A stretch of DNA of 64,000 nt, from assembly GCF_030384885.1 (NCBI RefSeq), contig NZ_CP128613.1. One strand, written 5' to 3'. Below are positions 48,094-59,103 of this stretch, one piece after another (position 1 is the stretch's first letter; each line of letters starts with the position of its first letter). This DNA comes from Escherichia coli. GTDB taxonomy: Bacteria > Pseudomonadota > Gammaproteobacteria > Enterobacterales > Enterobacteriaceae. The notes under the pieces were generated by a model. The model was given only the letters and a program-made list of their open reading frames with translations, had not been told where the DNA came from and made no database searches. The position numbers and the translations under genes are program-made.

Positions 48094-48915
48094 ATGAGCG
48101 ATATGCACTCGCTGCTGATAGCGGCAATATTGGGTGTGGTCGAAGGATTGACAGAATTTCTGCCGGTATCCAGCACGGGCCATATGATTATTGTCGGTCA
48201 CTTGTTGGGATTTGAGGGCGACACGGCGAAAACCTTTGAAGTCGTGATCCAGTTAGGATCAATTCTGGCGGTAGTAGTGATGTTCTGGCGGCGTCTGTTT
48301 GGCCTGATTGGCATTCACTTTGGTCGTCCGCTGCAACACGAAGGAGAAAGCAAAGGCCGTTTAACGCTGATCCACATTCTGCTTGGCATGATCCCAGCGG
48401 TAGTACTGGGGCTGTTGTTCCACGACACGATTAAGTCGTTGTTTAATCCAATAAATGTGATGTATGCGCTGGTCGTTGGCGGTCTGTTGCTGATTGCCGC
48501 CGAATGCCTGAAACCAAAAGAACCGCGTGCGCCGGGTCTCGATGATATGACCTATCGTCAGGCGTTTATGATTGGCTGCTTCCAGTGTCTGGCGCTGTGG
48601 CCAGGTTTCTCCCGTTCCGGGGCGACCATTTCAGGTGGGATGCTGATGGGTGTGAGCCGTTATGCGGCTTCTGAGTTCTCGTTCCTGCTGGCGGTGCCGA
48701 TGATGATGGGCGCAACGGCGCTCGATCTCTACAAAAGCTGGGACTTCCTGACAACCGGCGATATCCCGATGTTTGCCGTTGGGTTTATCACCGCTTTTGT
48801 GGTGGCGCTGATAGCGATTAAAACCTTCCTGCAATTGATTAAGCGCATTTCGTTTATCCCTTTCGCCATTTATCGCTTTATTGTGGCGGCTGCGGTGTAT
48901 GTCGTGTTCTTTTGA
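48094..48915 (+). CDS. uppP: undecaprenyl-diphosphate phosphatase UppP/BacA (273 aa)
   Basis: ATG at 48094 ([40 protein letters not shown]...). A REP element lies at 48929..48960 downstream. Confidence 0.96.
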   Translation: MSDMHSLLIAAILGVVEGLTEFLPVSSTGHMIIVGHLLGFEGDTAKTFEVVIQLGSILAVVVMFWRRLFGLIGIHFGRPLQHEGESKGRLTLIHILLGMIPAVVLGLLFHDTIKSLFNPINVMYALVVGGLLLIAAECLKPKEPRAPGLDDMTYRQAFMIGCFQCLALWPGFSRSGATISGGMLMGVSRYAASEFSFLLAVPMMMGATALDLYKSWDFLTTGDIPMFAVGFITAFVVALIAIKTFLQLIKRISFIPFAIYRFIVAAAVYVVFF

Positions 48916-48995
48916 TTGAGGAATAGTGTCGGATATGACGCTTGTGCGTCTTATCCGACCTGGCCGGTGTTTGCAATAAATTGAAATTCAAGTGC

Positions 48996-50234
48996 TTAAT
49001 CAGGCTTTGGACAACGTTGTTCCTTCCAGCTGGCTACCGCCGCAATCCGCCGTCGGGTCAGCTCCTCGCGAATCTCCACACCTTTAAATCCCGCTTCAAC
49101 GACGGCTTTTGTCGGCACTGACTGTGCCACTTCCCAGGCTTCGCGCAACCAGCGGCCTTGCGGGTAGTCCGCTGATTCAAAACCGGTTCTGCCGCGCACA
49201 TCAGCCTCGCTGGTCAGCGCCAGTTGCTCGACACGCTGCGGTTTACGCCAGGCGTCGATGGAATCAAATAGTTTGACGATGGTTTTTGGGTTCAGCATTG
49301 GGAAGGTGTGGATGAGATCGTGAAACTCAGCCACCAGTCTGGCTAAATCGCGAATTTCATTTGGCACGCGCAGACGCTGGCATAGTTGTTCCACTAACTT
49401 CACACCCGCCGGGCCATGACCATGATGACGCGGCCAAAGTTCTGGCGGCGTCAGTCCTTTACCGAGATCGTGGCATAGCGTTGCGAAACGGACATCGACC
49501 TGCGGACTTAGCATCGCCGCCATTGAGAGCGTCATTAAGGTGTGAATACCGGTGTCGATTTCCGGATGCCACTTGGCAGGGGCCGGAACGCCAAACAGGG
49601 CGTCAATTTCCGGGAATAAAACGCGCAGTGCGCCGCAATCGCGCAGTACCTGGAAGAACACCTGGGGATTGCGGGTAGTGAGGGCGCTTTCCGTCTCTTT
49701 CCACACCCGTTCAGGCGTCAGGTGTTCCAGTTCACCCGCGTGGGTCATCTCGCGCATCAGCGCCAGCGTTTCATCGGCAATACGAAAACCGAGGTGGGCA
49801 TAACGCGCAGCAAAACGCGCCACGCGCAGTACGCGTAACGGATCTTCGCCAAAAGCGGGGGAAACATGGCGCAACAGACGATTTTGCAGATCGCCCAGAC
49901 CGTTGTACGGGTCGATAATCTCGCCGTTATCGTCCTGGGCCAGCGCATTAATGGTCAGATCGCGCCGCTTAAGATCATCTTCCAGCGTGACATCCGGTGC
50001 GGCATAGCAGGTAAAACCGGTGTAACCGGAACCGGATTTCCGTTCGGTACGTGCCAGCGCATACTCTTCATGCGTTTGCGGATGCAGAAAAACAGGAAAA
50101 TCGCGGCCTACCTGCTGGTAGCCCGCGTCGAGCATCTCCTGTGGCGTACTACCGACTACCACCCAATCTCTGTCTTTGACCGGTAGCCCTAACAATGCAT
50201 CCCGAACAGCACCACCGACCAGATAAATCTTCAC
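48996..50234 (-). CDS. cca: tRNA CCA-adding nucleotidyltransferase/phosphohydrolase Cca (412 aa)
   Basis: Track [55 protein letters not shown]... Confidence 0.97.
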   Translation of the reverse strand: MKIYLVGGAVRDALLGLPVKDRDWVVVGSTPQEMLDAGYQQVGRDFPVFLHPQTHEEYALARTERKSGSGYTGFTCYAAPDVTLEDDLKRRDLTINALAQDDNGEIIDPYNGLGDLQNRLLRHVSPAFGEDPLRVLRVARFAARYAHLGFRIADETLALMREMTHAGELEHLTPERVWKETESALTTRNPQVFFQVLRDCGALRVLFPEIDALFGVPAPAKWHPEIDTGIHTLMTLSMAAMLSPQVDVRFATLCHDLGKGLTPPELWPRHHGHGPAGVKLVEQLCQRLRVPNEIRDLARLVAEFHDLIHTFPMLNPKTIVKLFDSIDAWRKPQRVEQLALTSEADVRGRTGFESADYPQGRWLREAWEVAQSVPTKAVVEAGFKGVEIREELTRRRIAAVASWKEQRCPKPD

Positions 50235-50297
50235 GCCATCATCCCTTCGTCAAATACACAATTCCTAATAATAAGACAGTGCAACGAAGAAGGCGAT

Positions 50298-50918
50298 TTA
50301 GTTCATCCAGCGATCTTTACGTTTGCGCGTTGGGATCAGGTGCGGCAGTACCAGACCGAGCAGCAAGCCAAGCCCCAGCACGCCGCCACCATACATAAAC
50401 CACTGCATGATGATGGTGCGCTGTTTGTCATCCAGCTGTACGCTGGCGGCATCGACCTTTTTCTGCGCGACAATCAGCTCGTTTTTCAGTTTCTGATTTT
50501 CTTCTTTTAACCCGTTGATCACGCTGTCGCTCTGCGCCACTTTTTGCTGCATTTCTGCGGTGCGCTGATTCCAGGTGTTATCGATATTGGTGAGCTTATC
50601 GGTCAGGGTTTTGACCTGATTTTCCAGATCTGGCACACGGGAGCGCAGGCTTGGCTCTGTGCTAAGTTGTTTCAACGGGATCCAGGCGGTACGGCCAGAG
50701 CTGTCTTTCACCTGGGCATAATTGGTGTTGGCATCAGTTTGTAATAAGGTCACTTCCTCGCCGGCGTTAACCGTGCCCACGAGGCGATAATGGTCTCCCG
50801 GACCGCTACGGACCCAGGTATTCAGTTCGTCGGAAACATAGCGCGTTTCTTCAGCGTGTGAGACGGCAGTCGCGCTAAGTGCGAGTAAAGTTAATCCGAT
50901 CAGGCGTAATTTTGGCAT
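50298..50918 (-). CDS. ygiM: SH3-domain protein YgiM with a C-terminal membrane anchor (206 aa)
   Basis: Track ORF MPKLRLIGLTLLALSATAVSHAEETRYVSDELNTWVRSGPGDHYRLVGTV... Confidence 0.9.
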   Translation of the reverse strand: MPKLRLIGLTLLALSATAVSHAEETRYVSDELNTWVRSGPGDHYRLVGTVNAGEEVTLLQTDANTNYAQVKDSSGRTAWIPLKQLSTEPSLRSRVPDLENQVKTLTDKLTNIDNTWNQRTAEMQQKVAQSDSVINGLKEENQKLKNELIVAQKKVDAASVQLDDKQRTIIMQWFMYGGGVLGLGLLLGLVLPHLIPTRKRKDRWMN

Positions 50919-51139
50919 CAGGCTGTCGTTATTGTCATGGAAAGTGGAACGATAGTAGTGGCATCAGTGTCGCTACGCAAAGCATTCGACATCAATCGGA
51001 ATCCTCTGTGTCAGGTCTTGCCACTGCTTCAAACTTTTACGCCCGTCAAATTGCCCGTTGCATGGCAATTTGGCGCAAAATACTATCTACTGACAAAAAA
51101 GATCGCATTAAGTTCGCCGTTCATCGTCACTTATGTGAC

Positions 51140-51380
51140 ATAACCGATAAGTAAAGGCTTTGACATCCTCCCCCACCTTCGCGCAAAGCGACTCAGGAGG
51201 GGGATTCCCTTGTCAGGGTAGCAATACGTTGCCGCATTGCCCGGTTCCTCGCTCGACGGCTTACGCCGCCTTACGGGCGCGTCCTTTACGGACTGACGGC
51301 AATATTTGTCCTGCCGCCATGACTTCAAAACCTGCTGTTAATATATTTCGAGCGCCGTTTACATCGGCGTTTGCCGTATA
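51140..51380 (-). ncRNA. predicted TnpB-associated omega/right-end RNA (scaffold overlapping the tnpB 3' end, plus guide in the flank); limits are guesses
   Basis: Downstream of the tnpB stop, the minus strand carries stacked hairpins (gcaat-N10-attgc, ccct-gaca-aggg, and the atccccctcc...gggggaggat right-end hairpin). TCAA and flanking DNA (agcctttacttatcgg...) follow. The placement follows established IS200/IS605 TnpB biology. The RNA itself is not demonstrated. Confidence 0.3.
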
Positions 51381-52466
51381 GCCGCACGCGGTACAGATAA
51401 AGCTCGCCTGCGCCCTGCGGTTAATTTTCGATGTATGCCCACAACATGCGCATTTCTGACTGGTGTACGCCGGATTAATCGCCAGCACATCACCGCCGCG
51501 CCATGCCTGCTTATATTCGAGCTGGCGGCGCATTTCTGCCCAGCCCTGATCCAGTATCGCTCGGTTAAGACCTGATTTTGCCGCGACGTTGCGCCCCGGC
51601 TGGTCTACCGTACCCGCTGCTGATTTTGACATGTTCGAAACCTTTAAATCCTCAATGACTATCATCGCGTGGTTTTTGCTGATCGTCGTCGTGGTTTTAT
51701 GAAGGTAATCGCGGCGGATGTTTGCGATATGAGAGTGGAAACGGGAAATCTTCGCTTTCTGCTTTTTCCAGTTGGCGGAGAATTTAACCTTCCGGGCCAG
51801 ATGGCGCTGTAAGCGAGCCAGCTTATCCTGATTTTTTTTAAAGCTGTTTACCGGTTCAAAGATCGTGCCGTCTGAAAGTGTTGCCAGCTTCGTTATACCT
51901 GCATCCAGGCCTATTGCGCTGGTCGATGCGTGAATCGGATCGGTAACAGCTAATTCGACCTGAAAAGACACATACCAGTGTCCGGCATGCTGGCTGATGG
52001 TGCAATTTTTAATGACGCCTTCAATCTTCCGGGACTGACGAAATTTAACCCAGCCCAGTCCTGACGGGAGTTTCACACGGCCATAATCCAGCCCACAATA
52101 TTTGCTGAAATTGACGAACCGGATAGAGTCGCAGCCTTTGGTTTTCTTTTTGAAAACGGGCTTTTCAGCCGTCAGGGATTTATCAAAACAGCGATCCCAT
52201 GCGCTCCGCAGGTCTTTCAGTTTCTGCTGGAGGTTGTCAGTGTAACCCTCAGCAAGAAAGGCCAGCTCAGGGAGTTTTTTCCAGCCCGTAAGTCGTTTAT
52301 TCAGGTCGAAAGCTGACGGAATTTTTCCGCCCGCGTCATGAATGCTCAGTGTTTCATTCAGTGCATAGTTCCAGACAAAGCGAGCGCAACCGCACAACTG
52401 ACGCAACCTTTGCGCCTGCTGGTCAGTGGGGTAGAGCCTGTATTTATATGCTTTCTGGATTAACAT
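51261..52466 (-). CDS. tnpB: TnpB (OrfB_IS605) RNA-guided endonuclease, 401 aa, catalytic residues apparently intact
   Basis: MLIQKAYKYRLYPTDQQAQRLRQLCGCARFVWNYALNE... The RuvC-I region is IGLDAGITKLATLSDG and the RuvC-II region is MIVIEDLKVSNM. The zinc finger is CACCGH...CTACGY and the RuvC-III region is ADVNGARNI. Confidence 0.9.
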   Translation of the reverse strand: MLIQKAYKYRLYPTDQQAQRLRQLCGCARFVWNYALNETLSIHDAGGKIPSAFDLNKRLTGWKKLPELAFLAEGYTDNLQQKLKDLRSAWDRCFDKSLTAEKPVFKKKTKGCDSIRFVNFSKYCGLDYGRVKLPSGLGWVKFRQSRKIEGVIKNCTISQHAGHWYVSFQVELAVTDPIHASTSAIGLDAGITKLATLSDGTIFEPVNSFKKNQDKLARLQRHLARKVKFSANWKKQKAKISRFHSHIANIRRDYLHKTTTTISKNHAMIVIEDLKVSNMSKSAAGTVDQPGRNVAAKSGLNRAILDQGWAEMRRQLEYKQAWRGGDVLAINPAYTSQKCACCGHTSKINRRAQASFICTACGYTANADVNGARNILTAGFEVMAAGQILPSVRKGRARKAA

Positions 52467-52532
52467 TTTGCATTCAGTATGTGGTTATTTAGAATGTACA
52501 ATATATCCACATTTTTTTGGGAGGATCAATAC

Positions 52533-52931
52533 GTGTGCGAAATCAATCGTTCACGCTATTCAGCTTACCTGTTGCATGTTCACGTTGTTTTTATGACAAA
52601 ATACCGCCGTCCAGTTTTTGGTGAATTGCATCATGCAAACATGCGTCAGTATGTAGCGGAGGTATGCGCGGACTTTGGCGCCGAGTTAAAGGAATGTGAC
52701 GGCGAGGCAGATCATGTTCACATGCTGATTGAATACCCACCGTTGGTGCAACTCACAAAGCTGGTAAACAGCCTTAAGTCCGTTACCAGTAGGCGGCTGC
52801 GGAATGATTTTATTGATTTGCGCGCCGCGTATTCAAAGCCCGTACTCTGGTCACGCTCTTATTTCATCGGTTCATGTGGTGGAGCACCGCTGGAAGTTGT
52901 GAAAAAGTATATTCAGAATCAGCGTGGCTGA
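52533..52931 (+). CDS. tnpA: IS200/IS605 TnpA, Y1 HUH single-strand transposase (132 aa from GTG 52533; the track ORF starts at 52479)
   Basis: ...YLLHVHVVFMTKYRRPVF...GEADHVHMLIEYPP (HUH motif) ...WSRSYFIGSCGGAPLEVVKKYIQNQ (catalytic Tyr). GGGAGGA at 52518..52524 sits 8 nt before the GTG. Because the start codon of the divergent tnpB lies 12 nt from 52479, a start at 52479 is unlikely. Confidence 0.85.
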   Translation: MCEINRSRYSAYLLHVHVVFMTKYRRPVFGELHHANMRQYVAEVCADFGAELKECDGEADHVHMLIEYPPLVQLTKLVNSLKSVTSRRLRNDFIDLRAAYSKPVLWSRSYFIGSCGGAPLEVVKKYIQNQRG

Positions 52932-53001
52932 TAAACTGCGGGCTTAACAGCCCAAATTCCCCTCCCGCCTACGTTGGGGGGGAGTACCCAGTGGAGGAAG
53001 G

Positions 53002-54303
53002 ATGGCTCAGGAAATCGAATTAAAGTTTATTGTTAATCACAGTGCCGTTGAGGCGTTGCGTGACCATCTCAATACGCTGGGCGGCGAGCACCATGACCCC
53101 GTGCAGTTGCTGAATATTTACTACGAAACGCCGGATAACTGGTTGCGTGAACACGATATGGGCTTACGTATTCGTGGCGAAAACGGCCGCTATGAGATGA
53201 CCATGAAAGTCGCTGGAAGAGTGACTGGCGGTTTACACCAGCGCCCGGAATATAACGTGGCGTTGAGCGAACCGACGCTCGACCTGGCGCAGTTACCGAC
53301 GGAAGTCTGGCCGAACGGCGAATTGCCTGCCGATCTCGCTTCCCGCGTACAACCGCTGTTCAGCACCGATTTTTATCGCGAAAAGTGGCTGGTGGAACTC
53401 GATGGCAGCCGAATTGAAATCGCTCTCGATCAGGGCGAGGTGAAGGCGGGCGAATTTGCTGAGCCTATCTGCGAGCTGGAACTGGAGCTGCTTAGCGGCG
53501 ACACGCGCGCGGTGCTGAAACTGGCGAACCAACTGGTATCGCAAACCGGATTACGCCAGGGCAGCCTGAGCAAAGCGGCGCGTGGCTATCATCTGGCGCA
53601 GGGCAATCCCGCGCGTGAAATCAAACCCACCACCATTTTGCATGTTGCGGCAAAAGCTGATGTGGAACAGGGGCTGGAAGCGGCGCTCGAGCTGGCGTTA
53701 GCGCAATGGCAGTATCATGAAGAACTCTGGGTCCGCGGCAACGATGCGGCGAAAGAGCAAGTGCTGGCTGCCATTGGCCTGGTCCGTCATACGCTGATGC
53801 TGTTCGGTGGCATTGTGCCGCGTAAAGCGAGCACTCACTTACGTGACCTGCTGACTCAATGCGAAGCGACCATCGCATCTGCGGTATCTGCCGTGACGGC
53901 GGTCTACTCTACCGAAACGGCGATGGCGAAGCTGGCGTTGACCGAATGGCTGGTAAGCAAAGCCTGGCAGCCGTTTTTAGATGCCAAAGCGCAGGGCAAA
54001 ATCAGCGATTCCTTCAAACGCTTTGCCGATATCCATCTTTCCCGCCATGCCGCTGAACTGAAAAGCGTTTTCTGCCAGCCGTTGGGCGATCGCTACCGTG
54101 ACCAGCTGCCACGCCTGACGCGTGACATTGACTCAATATTGTTGCTGGCGGGTTACTACGATCCTCTTGTCGCGCAAGCCTGGCTGGAGAACTGGCAGGG
54201 ACTGCGTCATGCCATTGCGACCGGGCAACGCATTGAAATTGAACATTTCCGTAATGAGGCAAACAATCAGGAACCGTTCTGGTTGCACAGCGGAAAACGT
54301 TAA
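53002..54303 (+). CDS. ygiF: inorganic triphosphatase YgiF (CYTH + CHAD, 433 aa)
   Basis: Track [52 protein letters not shown]... Confidence 0.94.
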   Translation: MAQEIELKFIVNHSAVEALRDHLNTLGGEHHDPVQLLNIYYETPDNWLREHDMGLRIRGENGRYEMTMKVAGRVTGGLHQRPEYNVALSEPTLDLAQLPTEVWPNGELPADLASRVQPLFSTDFYREKWLVELDGSRIEIALDQGEVKAGEFAEPICELELELLSGDTRAVLKLANQLVSQTGLRQGSLSKAARGYHLAQGNPAREIKPTTILHVAAKADVEQGLEAALELALAQWQYHEELWVRGNDAAKEQVLAAIGLVRHTLMLFGGIVPRKASTHLRDLLTQCEATIASAVSAVTAVYSTETAMAKLALTEWLVSKAWQPFLDAKAQGKISDSFKRFADIHLSRHAAELKSVFCQPLGDRYRDQLPRLTRDIDSILLLAGYYDPLVAQAWLENWQGLRHAIATGQRIEIEHFRNEANNQEPFWLHSGKR

Positions 54304-54325
54304 TCAGCCAAGGATAAAATCGCTT

Positions 54326-57166
54326 ATGAAGCCGCTCTCTTCACCGTTACAGCAGTACTGGCAGACCGTTGTTGAGCGGCTGCCAGCGCCTTTAGCCGAG
54401 GAATCACTTAGCGCACAGGCGAAGTTAGTACTTACTTTTAGTGATTTTGTGCAGGACAGCGTAATTGCGCATCCAGAGTGGCTGACGGAACTGGAAAGCC
54501 AGCCGCCGCAGGCCGACGAATGGCAGCATTACGCTGCATGGTTGCAGAAGGCGCTCAGTGATGTAAGCGACGAAGCAGGGTTAATGCGCGAGCTGCGTCT
54601 GTTCCGGCGGCGCATTATGGTGCGCATTGCCTGGGCGCAAACGCTGGCACTGGTTACTGAAGAGAGCATATTGCAGCAGCTCAGCCATCTGGCGGAGACA
54701 TTGATTGTCGCCGCGCGTGACTGGCTGTATGAGGCCTGCTGTCGCGAGTGGGGAACGCCGTGCAATGCGCAGGGTGAAGCGCAACCGCTGCTGATTTTAG
54801 GCATGGGTAAACTGGGCGGCGGGGAGCTGAATTTTTCCTCAGATATCGATCTGATTTTTGTCTGGCCGGAACATGGTTGCACGCAGGGCGGACGCAGGGA
54901 ACTGGATAACGCTCAGTTCTTTACCCGCATGGGTCAGCGGCTGATTAAAGTGCTGGATCAACCAACGCAGGATGGTTTTGTTTATCGCGTGGATATGCGA
55001 CTGCGTCCGTTTGGCGAAAGTGGCCCGCTGGTGCTGAGCTTTGCGGCACTGGAAGACTATTACCAGGAGCAGGGGCGCGACTGGGAGCGATACGCCATGG
55101 TCAAGGCGCGGATTATGGGCGATAGCGACGGCGTCTATGCTAACGAGTTGCGTGCGATGCTGCGCCCGTTTGTTTTCCGCCGTTACATCGATTTCAGCGT
55201 CATCCAGTCGCTGCGCAACATGAAAGGGATGATTGCCCGTGAAGTACGTCGTCGTGGTTTGACCGATAACATCAAACTTGGCGCGGGTGGCATTCGCGAA
55301 ATTGAATTTATCGTTCAGGTGTTCCAGCTCATTCGCGGTGGGCGCGAGCCGTCGCTGCAATCCCGCTCTTTACTACCCACTCTCAGCACCATTGCCGAGC
55401 TGCATCTGCTTTCTGAAAACGATGCCGAACAATTGCGAGTGGCGTATCTCTTCCTGCGGCGTCTGGAAAATCTGCTGCAAAGCATTAACGACGAACAAAC
55501 TCAGACGCTTCCTTCTGATGAGCTTAACCGTGCGCGGCTGGCGTGGGCGATGGACTTTGCTGACTGGCCGCAACTGACCGGGGCGCTGACCGTACATATG
55601 ACCAATGTGCGCCGGGTGTTTAATGAATTGATTGGCGACGACGAAAGCGAAACTCAGGAAGAGTCGCTGTCGGAACAGTGGCGTGAGCTGTGGCAGGATG
55701 CGTTGCAGGAAGATGACACTACGCCAGTGCTGGCGCATCTTAGCGAAGATGATCGCAAACAGGTGCTGACGCTGATTGCTGATTTCCGCAAAGAGCTGGA
55801 TAAGCGCACTATTGGGCCGCGAGGACGTCAGGTGCTCGACCATCTGATGCCGCATCTGCTAAGTGATGTCTGTGCGCGTGAAGACGCTGCTGTCACGTTG
55901 TCGCGCATTACCGCCTTGCTGGTGGGGATTGTCACCCGTACGACCTATCTTGAACTGCTTAGTGAATTCCCTGCGGCGCTTAAACATTTGATTTCGCTGT
56001 GCGCCGCATCGCCGATGATTGCCAGCCAACTGGCGCGTTATCCGTTATTACTGGATGAACTGCTCGATCCAAACACTCTCTACCAGCCGACGGCGACCGA
56101 TGCTTACCGTGATGAGTTGCGCCAGTATTTGCTGCGCGTGCCGGAAGATGACGAAGAACAACAGCTTGAGGCGCTGCGTCAGTTTAAACAGGCGCAACTG
56201 TTACGTATTGCGGCAGCGGATATTGCGGGTACGCTGCCGGTAATGAAAGTGAGCGATCACTTAACCTGGCTGGCAGAAGCCATGATAGATGCTGTCGTAC
56301 AACAGGCATGGGTTCAAATGGTTGCCCGCTACGGTAAGCCAAATCACCTGAACGAACGCGAAGGGCGTGGTTTTGCGGTGGTCGGCTACGGCAAGCTGGG
56401 CGGCTGGGAGTTAGGCTACAGTTCCGATCTTGACCTGATCTTCCTCCATGATTGCCCAATGGATGCGATGACTGACGGCGAGCGGGAAATCGACGGGCGA
56501 CAGTTTTATCTGCGTCTGGCGCAACGCATTATGCATCTGTTCAGTACGCGAACCTCTTCCGGCATTTTGTATGAAGTGGATGCTCGACTGCGTCCGTCCG
56601 GGGCGGCGGGAATGCTGGTCACCTCTGCAGAAGCGTTTTCCGATTATCAGAAAAACGAGGCCTGGACGTGGGAACATCAGGCGCTGGTGCGTGCGCGTGT
56701 AGTGTACGGCGATCCGCAGCTCACCGCGCACTTTGACGCGGTGCGTCGCGAGATTATGACGCTGCCGCGTGAAGGTAAAACTCTGCAAACGGAAGTGCGG
56801 GAAATGCGCGAGAAAATGCGCGCTCATCTCGGCAATAAACATCGCGATCGCTTTGATATCAAAGCCGATGAAGGCGGAATTACCGATATCGAATTTATTA
56901 CCCAATATCTGGTGTTGCGCTACGCTCATGAAAAACCGAAGTTAACGCGCTGGTCAGACAACGTGCGTATTCTGGAGCTGCTGGCGCAAAACGACATTAT
57001 GGAAGAGCAGGAAGCGATGGTGCTGACCCGTGCTTACACTACGCTGCGCGATGAACTTCATCATCTGGCATTACAGGAATTGCCGGGCCATGTGTCGGAG
57101 GATTGCTTCACCGCAGAGCGTGATCTGGTGCGGGCAAGCTGGCAGAAGTGGCTGGTGGAAGAATGA
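54326..57166 (+). CDS. glnE: glutamine synthetase adenylyltransferase/adenylyl-removing enzyme GlnE (946 aa)
   Basis: The ATG at 54326 ([33 protein letters not shown]...) gives 2841 nt. The 1014-aa track ORF is an upstream extension into ygiF. Confidence 0.97.
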   Translation: MKPLSSPLQQYWQTVVERLPAPLAEESLSAQAKLVLTFSDFVQDSVIAHPEWLTELESQPPQADEWQHYAAWLQKALSDVSDEAGLMRELRLFRRRIMVRIAWAQTLALVTEESILQQLSHLAETLIVAARDWLYEACCREWGTPCNAQGEAQPLLILGMGKLGGGELNFSSDIDLIFVWPEHGCTQGGRRELDNAQFFTRMGQRLIKVLDQPTQDGFVYRVDMRLRPFGESGPLVLSFAALEDYYQEQGRDWERYAMVKARIMGDSDGVYANELRAMLRPFVFRRYIDFSVIQSLRNMKGMIAREVRRRGLTDNIKLGAGGIREIEFIVQVFQLIRGGREPSLQSRSLLPTLSTIAELHLLSENDAEQLRVAYLFLRRLENLLQSINDEQTQTLPSDELNRARLAWAMDFADWPQLTGALTVHMTNVRRVFNELIGDDESETQEESLSEQWRELWQDALQEDDTTPVLAHLSEDDRKQVLTLIADFRKELDKRTIGPRGRQVLDHLMPHLLSDVCAREDAAVTLSRITALLVGIVTRTTYLELLSEFPAALKHLISLCAASPMIASQLARYPLLLDELLDPNTLYQPTATDAYRDELRQYLLRVPEDDEEQQLEALRQFKQAQLLRIAAADIAGTLPVMKVSDHLTWLAEAMIDAVVQQAWVQMVARYGKPNHLNEREGRGFAVVGYGKLGGWELGYSSDLDLIFLHDCPMDAMTDGEREIDGRQFYLRLAQRIMHLFSTRTSSGILYEVDARLRPSGAAGMLVTSAEAFSDYQKNEAWTWEHQALVRARVVYGDPQLTAHFDAVRREIMTLPREGKTLQTEVREMREKMRAHLGNKHRDRFDIKADEGGITDIEFITQYLVLRYAHEKPKLTRWSDNVRILELLAQNDIMEEQEAMVLTRAYTTLRDELHHLALQELPGHVSEDCFTAERDLVRASWQKWLVEE

Positions 57167-57213
57167 AGTATGGTATTATCGCGCGCAAATTTTGAATCTC
57201 TCAGGAGACAGGA

Positions 57214-58647
57214 ATGAAAGTAACGCTGCCAGAGTTTGAACGTGCAGGAGTGATGGTGGTTGGTGATGTGATGCTGGATCGTTACTGGTACGGTCCCACC
57301 AGCCGTATCTCGCCGGAAGCGCCGGTGCCCGTGGTTAAAGTGAATACCATCGAAGAACGTCCGGGCGGCGCGGCTAACGTGGCGATGAATATCGCTTCTC
57401 TCGGTGCTAATGCACGCCTGGTCGGGTTGACGGGCATTGACGATGCGGCGCGCGCGCTGAGTAAATCTCTGGCCGACGTCAACGTCAAATGCGACTTCGT
57501 TTCTGTACCGACGCATCCGACCATCACCAAATTACGGGTACTTTCCCGCAACCAACAGCTGATCCGTCTGGATTTTGAAGAAGGTTTCGAAGGGGTTGAT
57601 CCGCAGCCGCTGCACGAGCGGATTAATCAGGCGCTGAGTTCGATTGGCGCGCTGGTGCTCTCTGACTACGCGAAAGGTGCGCTGGCAAGCGTGCAGCAGA
57701 TGATCCAACTGGCGCGTAAAGCGGGCGTTCCGGTGCTGATTGATCCAAAAGGCACCGATTTTGAGCGCTACCGCGGCGCTACGCTGTTAACGCCGAATCT
57801 CTCGGAATTTGAAGCTGTTGTCGGTAAATGTAAGACCGAAGAAGAGATTGTTGAGCGCGGAATGAAACTGATTGCCGATTACGAACTCTCGGCTCTGTTG
57901 GTGACCCGTTCCGAACAAGGGATGACCCTGCTGCAACCGGGTAAAGCGCCGCTGCATATGCCAACCCAGGCGCAGGAAGTGTATGACGTTACCGGTGCGG
58001 GCGACACGGTGATTGGTGTGCTGGCGGCAACGCTGGCTGCGGGTAATTCGCTGGAAGAAGCCTGCTTCTTTGCCAATGCGGCGGCAGGCGTGGTGGTCGG
58101 CAAACTGGGGACATCCACGGTTTCGCCGATCGAGCTGGAAAATGCAGTACGTGGACGTGCAGATACCGGCTTTGGTGTGATGACCGAAGAGGAACTGAAG
58201 CTTGCTGTAGCGGCGGCGCGTAAACGCGGTGAAAAAGTGGTGATGACCAACGGCGTCTTCGACATCCTGCACGCCGGGCATGTCTCCTATCTGGCAAACG
58301 CCCGTAAACTGGGTGACCGTTTGATTGTCGCCGTCAACAGCGACGCCTCCACCAAACGGCTGAAAGGGGATTCCCGCCCCGTTAACCCTCTCGAACAGCG
58401 TATGATTGTGCTGGGGGCACTGGAAGCGGTCGACTGGGTGGTGTCGTTTGAAGAAGACACGCCGCAGCGCTTGATTGCCGGGATCTTGCCAGATCTGCTG
58501 GTGAAAGGCGGCGACTATAAACCAGAAGAGATTGCCGGGAGTAAAGAAGTCTGGGCCAACGGTGGCGAAGTGTTGGTGCTCAACTTTGAAGACGGTTGCT
58601 CAACGACCAACATCATCAAGAAGATCCAACAGGATAAAAAAGGCTAA
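57214..58647 (+). CDS. hldE: bifunctional D-beta-D-heptose 7-phosphate kinase / heptose 1-phosphate adenylyltransferase HldE (477 aa)
   Basis: Track [59 protein letters not shown]... Confidence 0.97.
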   Translation: MKVTLPEFERAGVMVVGDVMLDRYWYGPTSRISPEAPVPVVKVNTIEERPGGAANVAMNIASLGANARLVGLTGIDDAARALSKSLADVNVKCDFVSVPTHPTITKLRVLSRNQQLIRLDFEEGFEGVDPQPLHERINQALSSIGALVLSDYAKGALASVQQMIQLARKAGVPVLIDPKGTDFERYRGATLLTPNLSEFEAVVGKCKTEEEIVERGMKLIADYELSALLVTRSEQGMTLLQPGKAPLHMPTQAQEVYDVTGAGDTVIGVLAATLAAGNSLEEACFFANAAAGVVVGKLGTSTVSPIELENAVRGRADTGFGVMTEEELKLAVAAARKRGEKVVMTNGVFDILHAGHVSYLANARKLGDRLIVAVNSDASTKRLKGDSRPVNPLEQRMIVLGALEAVDWVVSFEEDTPQRLIAGILPDLLVKGGDYKPEEIAGSKEVWANGGEVLVLNFEDGCSTTNIIKKIQQDKKG

Positions 58648-58726
58648 CCGGAAAGCGGTTCACAGATCTCGCTTCGAACCAGGCAGGCCTATTGACGCTG
58701 TTGTTTTTTCAACCTAAAGTAAAGGA

Positions 58727-58872
58727 ACAAGGGTAAGGGAGGATTTCTCCCCCCTCTGAATTGGTTGTTAATAAGCCTGGAAACTTACTAGTAACAACAC
58801 AATCAGTATGATGACGAACTTCATCATAACCCTTTCCTTATGCAAGGCCCCTTCCTCGGGAGGGGCTTTCCC
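58727..58872 (+). ncRNA. sibE: Sib antitoxin sRNA, copy 1 (probably SibE); ends approximate
   Basis: A promoter is formed by TTGACG (58692..58697), a 17-nt spacer and TAAAGT (58715..58720). The terminator hairpin gcccct-tcctcggg-aggggc (58847..58866) is followed by tttcccgttt. The RNA is fully antisense to the ibs ORF. The length of about 146 nt fits known Sib RNAs. Confidence 0.7.
58768..58827 (-). CDS. ibsE: Ibs type I toxin peptide, 19 aa (MMKFVIILIVLLLVSFQAY)
   Basis: Hand translation of the minus strand gives atg atg aag ttc gtc atc ata ctg att gtg ttg tta cta gta agt ttc cag gct tat taa. The peptide is hydrophobic and Ibs-like. It is too short for the ORF track. Confidence 0.75.
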   Translation of the reverse strand: MMKFVIILIVLLLVSFQAY

Positions 58873-59103
58873 GTTTCAGCCCCTTGCTGGCTCCCCGATT
58901 GTTGATGAGCGCCGGACCCCGCGCAATGCTTTCCCTGATGCAGTTTTCTCTTCCCCGAGTCGGCTCGCAAAACGCTGTAACAACCTGATCATTTGCAGTT
59001 TTTTGTGGAACACAGATATAAAAAATCCCCGGTTTTTTGGGCCAGGGATATGTGTTAATGAAACCTTCTTGACGCTGATTTTTTTTCAACCTAAAGTAAA
59101 GGA

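Larger units (their letters stand above)
51160..52985 (-). mobile_element. IS200/IS605-family insertion sequence (IS605-like layout with divergent tnpA and tnpB), about 1.8 kb; ends approximate
   Basis: It contains tnpB and tnpA. Imperfect C-rich/G-rich subterminal hairpins occur near both ends: 51164..51207 atcctccccc...ggagggggat, and 52960..52985 cccctccc-gcctacgtt-ggggggg. On the tnpB strand the tnpB-side hairpin is followed by TCAA, which is like an IS608 right-end cleavage motif. No terminal inverted repeats are present, as expected for this family. From memory, the ygiM-ygiF intergenic region in K-12 is only about 0.2 kb. Confidence 0.8.

Noticed and set aside
50879-51381. Small ORFs (91, 68, 65 and 73 aa) between ygiM and tnpB.
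   Set aside because: They span the IS right end and the native promoter region, have no RBS, and are better explained as non-coding sequence (hairpins and the omega-RNA scaffold).
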